Shown one piece after another: positions 50,701 through 62,600 of a DNA stretch of 64,000 nt (the stretch's first letter is position 1; each line of letters begins with the position of its first letter). A program made the translations under genes and the position numbers. The notes below the pieces were generated by a model that was not told the DNA's origin, searched no databases, and saw nothing but the letters and a program-made list of their open reading frames with translations. The DNA comes from Raillietiella orientalis (lineage: Eukaryota): the NCBI GenBank assembly GCA_036172245.1, contig JAYWIR010000048.1, positions 558,001 to 622,000 of the forward strand. The letters run 5' to 3'.

Positions 50701-52099
50701 ACTGAAATGATGAAAATCCTTTTGAGTTCTTCTGTTTTCTCTGCTTTTCTTTAATTTTCTTTTTCCGGGTTTCATTTTTGTTTTTTGGGTTTGCCAGCTG
50801 CTGATGAACCGTTTGCCTCCCAAGGAAAGGCTCACAAAGCTCTTTAACATTGTCCACTCCACCCCAGGGCTCATATGACTTTGAGTTAGGGAGGTAACCA
50901 CAAAGGGACCACTCTCTTGAATCCAGGAAGTCTCCGGAGGAAGGAATCCGTTCCTCTACACTTGTTAGGGAAACCAGAAAGAAATCTCTTATTTTCTCCG
51001 GTGTGTGCCACTTTTTATTTCTTCTCAACGGGTCGTCCTGCAGGAACTGCATGAGACCCGATGAGCGCAAAGCAGAATGGATGTCCAGTTGTATCCACCC
51101 CTATCAAAAGGTGAACAGATGCGGGACTGCACAGGGGGATAAGGCATTTAGCCTGAACTCCATTGACAGGCAGGTGGAAGCAATGGACTGGTTTCCCTGC
51201 GCTCAGGGGAACCAGTCCATTGACAGTCGTAATGCAACCAAGTGTTGTGGCGACACTGTTACTGACGAGTTGAAACCTTTGTTAAGCTTCTGTGAAAGTT
51301 GCAGTCGTGAGAAATAGATTCACCTCGCCGCTTGTTTGTCTATCCTTGATTTGACCATCCCTTGAGACACCTGTTTTCCTTGTGACTAGCCCATCCGTGG
51401 ATCTCATACCGCCCCATAAACTGGAATGCCTGGCGGCAGGAGAGTCTGGAGTCCTGGGTTGCCTCTTTGGAAGTGCGCTTAGGGGAACCATGACCGCTGC
51501 AGGATCTACGCAACAGCTGGGAGATCTGTTCCGGATAGCCGTCCCGCCTCCTTGCCGCAGAACTGTCTGCCCTCAGGGCAAGAAGTGATGGCAGCCAACC
51601 GGTGAGGTGGGAGTTCTGCGACATTGAAGAAGTCAAAAAAACTCCTGGACGGATGCAAGACGAGAGAGTTGGCTGGTGGACGGCGCCACTCTTCGTTTCC
51701 GGGCAAAGGGGTGGAGTGACCTGCTTGGTGTCCCTCCCCCCCAAGAACTCGTCGTCTCTCCCCTGTGAGTGGGCACCTCTGTGTTCCCGCTCCGGTGGAA
51801 ACAGGATGTTCTGCTGCTTCTGAGCTCGCGATTCCAGTGCAATCAGCGCGGGCACCTGGTTTAAGAGGGAGTTGCCTCCCCGAACTGCTTAAGGACTTTT
51901 GTTGTACTACAGTGACCTGGAGAACTTGTGGCAGAGGCTCGCTTCGGCGCTCCGACAACCGCAGACACCGCTTCGCGCTTGCAGCGAAACTTCGCCGGAG
52001 GCGGGCTGAAGAAGGGCTCTGTGTTTTCACATCTGGGTGAGCCTGGCCGTTTATTCTCTTACAGGAATCGATGGAGTCAAAGGGTCCACCGATTCCAAT

Positions 52100-52810
52100 T
52101 ATCACAATAAAGAAGGGGAAGGAAGCGGAGACGTCCACGACCGCAAAGGGGAAGAAGGATGAGAACAAATTAAAAAAAAAGGAAACAAACTATAACAAAC
52201 CGAAAAAAAAACAAAAATTAGTTGGAGGAAAGGGAAGGGATCACATCCTGTGGTGGGATTCCTCTGCATTCGCTGAATAATGCCCGAGAGCTTTTCCTTC
52301 TCCCTTTCCAGGTGGGGCCATCCCAAAGCTACCTGCAGAAAGCGGATGGCTTGCGGGACATCCCTTCCGTTGCTCCGTCCTGTCTCGGCGTCGCACTTGG
52401 CCACGACGACACCGCGCGCACAGCACAGCGCTGCGATTGCGGCTGCGGACGTCATGGCGTCCCGCACGAAGAGGGGCCTCAAAGAGTCTCTGGGATCGTC
52501 CACGGGGTGCGGAAGGGATACAGAGAAATGTTCCCACAAGTCCTGGAGGGCGACGCACTGCACTATGAGGTGGGGGAAAGTCTCCTCCTCTCCACACCTG
52601 GCACAGTTCGGCGATGCGCTTCTCCTCGTTCAGTGGTGCCGGCGCGCATTGCACGGGAGAGGTCCCAATGCAGCACCAGCAGTTCTGATTGCTGCCACTT
52701 GAGGGGAAGCAGCTTACAGTCCATAACGAGAGGGGCACCTCCAACTCTTCGAGCCGAATGGAGAAGAGTTCGCCCCAACGTTCCAGTCCTTGCTGTTTGG
52801 AGACGGTTTT
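52100..52810 (-). mobile_element. LINE lineage A, 3' fragment
   Basis: LLPLKWQQSELLVLHWDL, zinc-finger region, AIRFLQVALGWPHLEREKEKLSGIIQRMQR. Confidence 0.85.
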
Positions 52811-52819
52811 TGGAGACGG

Positions 52820-53238
52820 TTTGCTGAAAAGCAAGGGCTCAGTGATCGCAACAATCGGTTGCATCCTCTGCATAGTGATAGCCCACCACATGTTGGAGTT
52901 AGGTTCGCGGCAAAAGGAAGCCACCACTATGGCAGCCGCCTTCATGAAGACAGGGTGGTCTCATCTGCCGGAGGAAGTCATCAGGGAGATTGCCACTATA
53001 GTAGCAAGGAAGGAACCATCCAAAACAAAGACCCCTATCACCTTCCTCTTGTCTTTATTTTCTTCATTTATTGTCCCTTATTTCCGTTCCCTACTTTTTG
53101 GAATCTAGACTGCGTGCTGGTGGTCATTCCAAATGAACTTCATTTTTGTGACATCTCCTGTACTGAGTGAATGCTGTTCCCTTGGGACTTGTCGTTTTTG
53201 TTTTTTTTAATAAAGGTCCCGGCTCCATCTGGTAAAAA
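52820..53238 (+). mobile_element. LINE lineage B, 3' end
   Basis: VIATIGCI...MAAAFMKTGWSHLPEEVIREIATI. Terminus aataaaggtcccggctccatctggtaaaaa. Confidence 0.78.
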
Positions 53239-54269
53239 CTTGGCCGCGTATAGGGCTTTGGAAGAGTTGATGGGATCGATAGGAAGAAATTAAGAGAAGA
53301 GACAGCCAAGAATGGGTACTGATAGGCAGGAAGCAGATCAGACTGGACCGCTCCAGTACCCGTCTTCCGCTGCGTGTTTTCCCCCGAGGCTACCTTGCTG
53401 CTTGTATGTGGCTAGTGAGAAAGAAAAGCAGACTCGCGGTAGAGGTCACCAGGACAAATCCACCATTCAGAAGACAGTGAGTTCCTGTTTTTTCTTCATC
53501 CCAGATAGAGGAAGAGCTCTTCCTTGATGGAATTCTCGTGCCATTGAGCAAATTGTCTTGGCAGGTGAGGGAAACGGCCTGGTATGTGAGAGAGGGAGTC
53601 GAGTCTCCCTTGTCTCACACGTAATTGGAAACACCAAACTCGAGGATGGGAGCTGCTTCGGATTGCGAAGGTCTCACTGAAATCCCGCGCACGCGAAAAT
53701 CAACCAAAAAACAGACGCCACTGGAAGGAAAAAGATAAGAAGGCGGATTTGAAAAGGGCTCACTCATCGTTTCGTCTTGAGGCATAGAGTGTCTCTCTCT
53801 CCCTGGATATGAGGGCTCACTTCCGAGCCAGTGCTCTCCTGGTTCGGTGAGCTGAAGACCCTGGCAGCTGCTATTCGAGATCAGACGGTGCGGAGCCAAG
53901 CAAGCAGGTGCCAAGTCAGATGCCCAGGATGGCGCAGCGCTTAAGACACTGGTTTGCGACCGGCGCTGCGCAGATGGGCGCAGGCGCTCGCGCAGGCGCG
54001 TCGGATTCGCTATGCTGAGAAAATCGCTCGAACGGACGAGCTTGGCGTTGTTGACGTTTGAGTCAGTGATGAGCGCCTTTTGACTTCTGACGCAGTGATG
54101 CCCTGCAGCGTTTCTTCATGATAAAATAAGATGAACTAAAGGAACAAATTGAGAAGGCAGCTTTCATGAAGAAGTAAAAGCAGCTCAAAGAGAGCGTTAG
54201 CCTGGACGCAGGCCGGATTCTCAGAAGGTCCATGCTTCCCGAGAACATGGAAGTCCGGAGCAGAATTCC

Positions 54270-54700
54270 GGCCATCTAGCACATTACTTCTTCGAGGTGA
54301 GGTCACCTCGCAGCCTCCTTCATGTAGGTGGCTGCCATGCAGATGACCTCCCTTCCCTGCGTCCGTGGCTACGACATATGGAGGGGGTGAGGATGTCTTA
54401 GATGCAACATCTCTTTGCGATCGAGGACGAAGAACCACCGCAGCAGGTCACAGGCGGCGACTCCTGGTTCAAGGGTGCTGAAGGCAGCTTTCGCTAGAGT
54501 TCGTGTAGAGCACCGCAGTCCTTTAAGAGGTGCAGCAAGCTGTCCCGTGCCTCGAACATTTTGCGGGTGCCGCTCCCTCGGAAACGAGGGGATGGCGCCC
54601 GTTAAACCAAAAACCCTAGACGTCCCTGATTTCTGTCGATTCCTGAGGGCGTGGGGTGCCTCGCACCGCCCTCCTGTCCGTGATTAGAGTGTCCCTAGGA
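54270..54700 (-). mobile_element. LINE lineage B, 3' fragment
   Basis: EVICMAATYMKEAAR*PHLEEV. The nucleotide match gctgccatgcagatg.cctcccttc is shared with 24898-24923. Confidence 0.65.
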
Positions 54701-55229
54701 TCACGCACTCCCCCTTTTCTTGAGGCCGAAGGACGAGTTCGTCTGTAAAGGTAGGCAGCAAGATGGAAGCGAATATGCGAAGCACGCTAAGAAGAGGGAA
54801 GGATCCAGGCTTCATGACTGAGCCGATCAGGCCATACCAGAGGGTGTGGTTCGAGAAGAATGGGCGATTTGAGACCGTTTTTAGGTGGGAGGGGCAGCGA
54901 CGATGGGATAGGCCAGCAGCAGCTCAGGAACATCCTGACAGGCCGCCAGCCTGACTCTCAAACTCATGGAGTCCCTTCGAGCTAAATAAAAGAGTCGAAA
55001 GCGAGCTGTTGACCGGAAAGCGGCTAAATGAGAGTTTACGATCGGCCTGGCCCATGCGGAGCAGATGGATGATGCCTCGTTCCAATGCGCCACCAGTAAA
55101 TCCCGTCCGAATCCGGCTCGTTTTCTGGCGACCTATGCTGCAGGACTTCCATCGAATACGGGCGATGGCGCTCCGTCCTGAAGACTCCTAGCGGGACGTA
55201 CCAGTAGGACGCACTGCTCAGAGATCCTC

Positions 55230-55800
55230 ATGATTCCTGGATTTTCGAGAAGAGGGTGATGAGCTTGGAAGTAGCAGCCAGCCCCGGGAATGGAACCCTC
55301 TCTGGCGGCTGTGGAGTCCGTCCTTGTGAAATCCTTGCTGATGCTCGGCCACTTGTCCTGTTCCATCCTCCAATACGAGCTCGGCTCTTCGTCTCGCCTC
55401 ACCCCTCGCAGGAAATCTAAAGGAAACTCCTGTTCCCAGGATGGGCACCGCTGGGAGCTTGGGCAGCCTGCTCCGAGGTCTCCAGAGAGGTTCCTCCGAC
55501 CACAAGGGAGAGATCCAACGTTCCGAACAAGCAATTTCACCTCATCGCCACCGAGTTCCGGGCTGGTGTTCAGCCTCCCATCTGATATCCGCAGATTGCC
55601 AGCACTGGATTGCACTGCAGGAAGACGGAAGGAGGAGAAGCCACGGAATCGCAAACTTATGGTTGCAGAACCCTGGAAACCCTCTTCCTGATTAACGGTT
55701 TTCCTTGAAAGCACAGCTCGGGGGAAGGCATCCTGTAAATAGCAGCGTTCCATGTTTTGAATTCCCCGATACCAAAGAGATAGGGGTTTCAAGGGGGGGC
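55230..55800 (-). mobile_element. Decayed LINE reverse transcriptase fragment
   Basis: KPLSLWY (like RPISLL), NQEEGF (like Q-x-GF) and GAGCPSS (like QGCPLS), in order. Confidence 0.5.
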
Positions 55801-58231
55801 TTGTAATTACTCGAACCTACCGTTTGAATCGAGGAACCTAATCCAGCAAATGCAGCAGGGATCCTTAAGTACGGTCTATGTTAACGGGACAGCCAAAATC
55901 ACAGGCTGAAACCGGGGTGTATGAAAAAGCCGGTCAGAATGTGTCTAGAGGCACGGGAGGAGGAAGGAATCCAGGAGGAAGAGATGGAATGGGTCGCTCG
56001 TTCTGGTCGGTGCGAGATCGTGGCATCATCACGGGTCTCGGATGTTCCGACTTACTGGAAATTTCTTATCAGGGAAGCGGCACCAGCAGTAGAACCACTT
56101 TCATCGTGGCTTGTCGCCACGGGTTACGGCGGCCAGAAGCTTGACGCCATCAGAGCATCTGATAGTTATCAGCAAGGTAAAGAGCGGGATGCGAAAATTT
56201 GCAAGAGTCGACTCTGAGATTAGGGCGGCATTGGTCTTGGGGAGCATTTGTGTACCTAGGATGCCGAAAGCCCCTTTTTATGCAGGTTTTCATTGATTTC
56301 ATTGATTATCTAATTACGCTCATGGTTTCATTAGAAGGAAACTTCAGTTTGGCTACTTGAGTAATCATCTACACTTCAGATGATGCTGACCTACTGCTAC
56401 AATTAATTGTTTTATTCCTCGGGGGAGATGAGATTTCAGCCTTTCATATTTCATCATGATTGGGTACTTATCTTCATGGGTTGCTATTGGCGTCTTTTGA
56501 AACTTTTTTTTCCTGGAACTTTTTTCCTGAGGTCATTCGAAGATCGCGTCACAAGTCACGTTCTTTTGAAACCTTTCCAGTTCCGCTGATGATAGCGGAC
56601 CGCCATGTCTTGGCACGAAAATTGCTTTCAATTGCTTTCTTTTGCTGGAGTCCAGAATTCGGAAAACAGCTGGGAAGCAGCGGGGATCGAATCGAAAACG
56701 TGGACAAAGATGCGGAACTCTCGCAGCTTCCGAGGTTCCTGCTGTGTACACCATGAATCTCGGTAGGACTAAGGATGACTGGAACCACACTTGCCAGTTT
56801 GTTTCTCCGTCATCACTTGGTCACGGAAGCGAAATCTTTTCTCTTTGGAAGTCGGTGGTTTGCAGAAACAAATGTCACAGAACGCGCAATGATGTTGCAG
56901 AGGTCGAAACGGCAGAAAAAATTCTCTCTTCTCCTCACAGACGATCCTCAGTAAGACGCCATGCTCAGAATCAGAGGATCTGCATCAGATCATTCTAGTT
57001 GCCATTGGTCAGCGGAGCGTTTGTTCGCGTCTATCGGCATTCACACGAGCATTTGCTATCTCAACTACCTTTGCTCGGCTCTCTTTTCGCCCGTAATATA
57101 GTGGAAGATTTAATTCCCACAATGAGGTTTTGTTGCTTAGCAAGAGATCCACTGCACTTTCTCTTGTGGAATAGGTCCACGCAGTGGGGGCTTATTTGTT
57201 GCATGGCTCTTCATTCCTTTTTTTTCCCCGGACCCTCCTTATTCATAACAAGCGTTGCCACGCAACGTGAGTGAACTCAGTGAACGTTTAAGAGGGTTGT
57301 TTGGAAGCTATCTCGTGTTTCCTTGGTTTCCTAACGCTGAGCCAGTCCAAATGATCCAACTCTCGAAAGATGAATGCACATCGTGAGGAGGATGGCTTTT
57401 CATCCGTTCGTGCCGAGGTGTCCACGTAGCAAAAGCGAAACAGACACGAAGAAATCGGTGTGACTCAGCATCCCACCGAGTCCAGAGGTTCTCCGGGGTC
57501 AGCCGAGCTTGGTGAGAAGAGATTCTCTATTAAGGCAGGTTGAGACGTGGCACTCCGCACGGAGGAGTTACACACAACGTCAGTGGGGTTGACCAGCGAG
57601 GCGAGAAGAGCCGCGGTTGGACTCTGGAGGGGAGAGAGATTCTCTGCGAAGACTGTTCTTCTCGGTAGCAACGTAACAGGAATCGAGCCTTCTTGCAGTT
57701 GGCCTTCTAACGAAATCCTCCTTCCGTGATTTCGATCCTGTGCACTTGGAGGAGGACGAGTTATGCAGACTGCAACAAAAGGGGGATCTTCTATTCATCT
57801 CCACTTCAGAATCTGGAGATAAAGGCGGAAATGAATGTGCGAAGAGCATGAATGTCTCCTGTGAATGCCCTGCTCACACTTCCTGCCGTTGGTCCTTTGG
57901 CAAGGAAGCTGCTTGCAAGTAACCGGTAGCGGTAAAGAGAACGCACCTTGTTTGAACTGGAGGAAATCGATGCCGAGGGATATTCGGAAGCTCCAGAATG
58001 TTCAATGAGCGCCCAGAGAGAGAGGGTTTCCATTAGCTGAAGAATCAGAAGGATGGAGGGATGTTTCCGCGAGTTCTGATGTCGACTCTTGTCGCAACTC
58101 GCAATTTGAGGGTTTGCGCTTCGGAAGCTTCAAGCACTCGTTTCAAGGATTAAAACGGCTACACTGGAGATGCCAGGAGTTCCTTTCGCCATCAGATGCG
58201 TGTGGGCTAAGCAAGATGGCTGCGTCCTTAA

Positions 58232-59372
58232 CCCTCTATAGGACCGTGTGACTTTGAAGTCACATACTAATATGTCGATATCTTCCTGATATATTTAATT
58301 TTTTACCGTGAGGTGTCATATACATCTTGTTGCGTGACGTCTCCTTGTAACCAACAGCCTCGGTGACGGATGTCAACTCTAGCCAGAGATATCGAGGTAA
58401 ATGCTTTTGCGAGTTGTCAAGTACAACTGCAAATGCAACTGCTATTGTTTTTCGTTCTATCGGTGTTTTGATAAACAAGAAAAAGCCTACGTAATAGCTC
58501 TTGGTCTGTACATCAATGGTCCTTTATTTTTCTGCATTGAAACAATCATTTTGTCATCATTTTCACATGGTACAGCTTTGTGACCTTCAAGTCGCAATGA
58601 GCTATGATGGTGGGATTCTGTGTATTTGCGATGACGCTTGTGTTTTCCTTTCTCTTTTTTTTTCTTAGTTTTTATATACTGGAGGCCCAAAATATGAATA
58701 CAAAAGCAAAGAAAAATAAAATAGTAGTAAGAACGAGAAGAAACATTAGCATTAATAGATCCGTGGATTCCTTATTAGAATCTGACTCGGATGAAGATCA
58801 GACAATGGTATTTACCCGACGACGTATAAATATTATGGATAGCGACGATGAATTGAATGGTGAATCATCATCAGATGATGAAGAATTCAGATCACAAAAA
58901 GTTTCTTGGAAATCAGTACCCCATCTGAAAAATAGTCTTCGTCTTCCTCGGAAAGGAAACTGGCCTCAAAATCCTATGAAGCACCCTACTCTCCTATGAC
59001 CTATTTCCGAAAATTGTTTGATGACGAAATTATAAGTAATGTAGTTGACTGTACCAATACGTGTGCACTGCAACGTGATCCAGCAAAACCCATAGATGTC
59101 TCATCTGATGAGATGGACTAGTTCTTTGGCTGCCGTTTTGTTTTTATGTCCATTTACGGGTTGTTTTATGGAACTCCATACTTAAGGTTTCGTACGCCCA
59201 AGTGCAAACGTTGCACACCGTTGCAACCCTAAAGCTACAAAGCATATCCGTTATAATAAAATCATTTAAACTACTGAATTCATTAATATTTTGTATTTAG
59301 AGGTTGACATTTGTTAATGTCACGTTGCATCAATATTTTTGTGGCCTTGAAAAGAATTCGGGCTGTGGAGGG
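58232..59372 (+). mobile_element. Internally deleted piggyBac transposon
   Basis: TTAA|CCCTCTATAG at the left end and a degenerate CTGTGGAGGG|TGAA at the right end. Subterminal palindromes tgtgactttgaagtcaca and gtgcaaacgttgcac. AT-rich relative to flanks. Confidence 0.8.
58694..59183 (+). pseudogene. piggyBac transposase remnant (acidic N-terminus and start of core, fused to the extreme C-terminus)
   Basis: SDSDED/SSSDDEE acidic tract. After a frameshift, SPMTYFRKLFDDEIISNVVDCTN...VSSDEMD*FFG..FMSIYGL (PGBD-type), then CFMELHT*. The DDD catalytic core is absent. Confidence 0.85.
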
Positions 59373-61639
59373 TGAAAGGATGCTTGCGTGAGATTCCCAA
59401 GAACACATCGACCTCTGCAGGTACGAATGAAGCTCCTAGTGAATTGCTGGAATCCTCTTCAAAATGGACAGCAGCAGGCAGGCTCACCTTTCGTTGAAAC
59501 CTAGGTCATGCTCGGAGCACTTTCTTTTTCCGAGTCTTTGTTCTTTCAGAGGGAAGGATGATGCCCTGCCTTACAAACTTCTTTCCCGCATCGGAGATGC
59601 ACTGGTGGTTGAGCTTTTGCAAGGTGGAAAAGAAAGTACCAGGAATTACCACTTCTCCGCTGTTGATCGCATCACTCCTCAAGCACCGATCATGGTCTTT
59701 GCCTCCGTCCTGGGTTCCATCCCTGAGATGTTCGAAAGCAGAATCTCGAGAGTGCGAGACTTTTTTTCCTACCGGTGGAGCCCTGGACCGCCCGACTCAT
59801 GTCTCGCGTGTGTTGAACGCTCTGGGACTTTGAAAAGTAAAATTTTCATGGTTGGTCACTTTCTAGAAAAATTGAACGGAAACCTAAGTAGAAGTCTCAG
59901 TAGTAAGGTATACAAAATTTCATACCCGAAGATCAAATCGCGCACTCGTGCGGTCACATTCTGATTTCAAGTCCCGAATCGTAAGGGTGCTGATGATAGC
60001 CTCCACAACGTGGATAGCGTGCTTAAGAAGCAACGAATCAAAAGGAAGGTACATGACTGGAGCTCTGCTGGTGTTTCATTTGGGACTCCAGGTTTCAAGC
60101 CAGCAAGTCGTCCATTTCTTACACGAACAAAGCTGCGCAGAGACGCTGATTCCTAGCGAAGCTTCTGAGACAAGGAAAGTGTAGATGACCCCGCAAGAGG
60201 TGAAGATTTAGTGAAGCAATTTTCAAAAAAAACCCATTTTATAAGATTGTTACCGTACCATGTTTTCTTGCAATCCTTTTCAAAGCCCCAGAGATTCAGA
60301 GCATGCACCCTGGAGTCAACGAACTTGCATTCTGCCGAGGATATCAGAATGAGCCTGCTGCTTTCATCATCTTCATGGGACGAGAGCCCGTGTGTCACCC
60401 TCATTCAGGGATCCCTCTGAAGTCTGAAAAGGAGCCTCTTTGTGAAAAGGCTTTCCTGTGGCAATGGCAAAAGTGGATCCACGCGCCGAATGCTTGCTTC
60501 TTGAAAGATCTCGTGATGCGCAGCTGCACAGTGTCTTCAAGCATCCGTGTCCATCCACGGAGAGGATGCTCGGAGATGGAATCGATGGTGAGCAACTTGC
60601 TCCCTGGAGCATGAAATGATCGAGAAAATCCGTGCTCCCAACCGGATTGCAAGAATAATTTCTCTATAGGAATCTTCATACACAATTAGGAAGGTTCGGG
60701 TAGAGCCAGCTCATCATATTTTGATCTGTGGATTCACAAGGAAGGGATGACCGTTCCGATTGCGGAAGCCCTAGGACCTATCACGGTTGCAGCTGACCTG
60801 AAGGATAAGTGCGGAAGGAGAGGCGGAGGAATGCGTTTTCTTCAGCACAATCCAATGCTTCCCGACTCAGGTAGCACAGGTAGCACTGCATGCATCTCCC
60901 CCTCTTTTCAACTTTTTTAACTGACAAGTCACCATCGCCAATCACAGAGTGTTACCGACAACACTTCTTACGATCACCCTCGAAATCGTGTTGATTGCAT
61001 GCCAGCACACCCTACTTTCAAGTGTAATACTCACTTCAAATAAATACTCATTGACTCTCATCACTCCATTCAAATGTGCGCGCTCGCAAGTGCATTCATG
61101 GCACACGCCGTTCTTATTACACCGACCTTTGAAAGGGATTGAGGTTTTCCTAAAAGGGCAGCTCCCATCCAGGTGTGCTCGAGGCTCCCGATATGGGGGA
61201 TACGCTCACCTATGGCCGTGCCCTCAAAACTTTCGTGGAAGAAGCGCCCTCTTCGGAAATTTGACAAGACTGAGTTTTTCGGTGCCTCGGAGCTTGGTCG
61301 GTTGGATCGAAAAGGCATCGGAAGCTAAGAAGACAGAAAGTGGAGAGTGGATGGCACCAAAACAAGAAAACGAATCTGTCGCTTCGTCCTCAAACATCTT
61401 TCTGGAGTCATTTGACACATGGGACAAAACGTCGAAGCTTTCACTTCCTTCAAATGAGGGATCTCCACAGACCGAGATTATTTTTGGACTGTGACATCCG
61501 ACTTTCCTCCGAAAGCGAGCTGACAAACTCAAAATCCTCAAACGATCACGCATAGGAAGAAGATGGCACCTGGTCGCATCACTCGACTACTGACTTGAAT
61601 TTCACTGAATCCCCGAAAGGTTCCTCGAGATTTTTAATG

Positions 61640-62600
61640 ATCACCTGGTCACGTCAGGGCGTTTATTTAATGGAAATGAGTCACTTAGGAACCCAGGTAG
61701 CAGCCGAAGACAAAAGAAGTTCAGGGACACGCAGGCCGGGATTTCTAAAATAGCGAACCGGAAAAGGGAAGGAACAGCAGGGAAACATGGAAATTAGGGA
61801 GGGAGGGAGCAAGGATCTTTGATGTCTGTCCTCCTTGAGAGAAATAGAAAAAACGGGAAAGGCCCGGTGCGGATTGGAGGCGACAATAAAGGAAAAAAAG
61901 TAAACAAAAGAGGAGCATAGGGACGGGGATAGGGTTCCCGTCTTCACTTCCTATTCCAGGTAAGACCAGCCGCCCTTATGTGGATGGCTGCCAACATGGT
62001 GACTTCGCTTCGTTGCACCCGGGGCTGCATCACATGGCGGGCGGTGTCAATGCAGCCTGTCGTTGAGATCACTGCGCCGGTCGGGAGTCCGTCGGACACG
62101 AAGAAGAACCACCTCAGCAGGTCACGGACGGTGTCCTCCTGGTGTAGGCTCGCTAAAGCCAGGTCTCCGCCATCAGTTCCTGGAGGGCAAAACAGTCCCA
62201 ACGCAGGTGCGGGATCGACTCCGCCGACCTCTCTCCTGGTACAGTTCTAGGATACAACTCCCTGCGGAAACGAGGGTGCCCGAGCTGATGGAACAGCGCA
62301 GACACAGCAGCGCCAACTGCTTTCACATCACAGGGAGCACGCGAGTGCACAAACATTGGGGAGGAACCACAGGTTCTTCAGTGGCGAAACTTGGAAGTTC
62401 ACTCCAACAGAGGGGTCTCTTCGTCTGGATGAGCAGCATGGCGGCATCCGCCAACGCCATCGCGCGTCTTCCAGATGCCCGGGAGTTTCGTCTTTCCTGC
62501 GACGGCGCAGCAGTACTCCCCCACCGCTGGAGTGCAGATGTCGTAGCTTGTCCTTAGGGTGGACAGAGCTGCGGGAAGAGGTCTCTTGAAATAACCGACA
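61640..62600 (-). mobile_element. LINE lineage B, 3' region
   Basis: ESIPHLRWDCFALQEL zinc finger, DLLRWFFF and EVTMLAAIHIRAA. Terminus aataaacgccctgacgtgaccaggt. Confidence 0.78.

Noticed and set aside
58604..58999. Intact membrane protein gene (hydrophobic N-terminus ORF)
   Set aside because: The hydrophobic start is T-rich transposon leader sequence, and the remainder is the frameshifted piggyBac transposase N-terminus.
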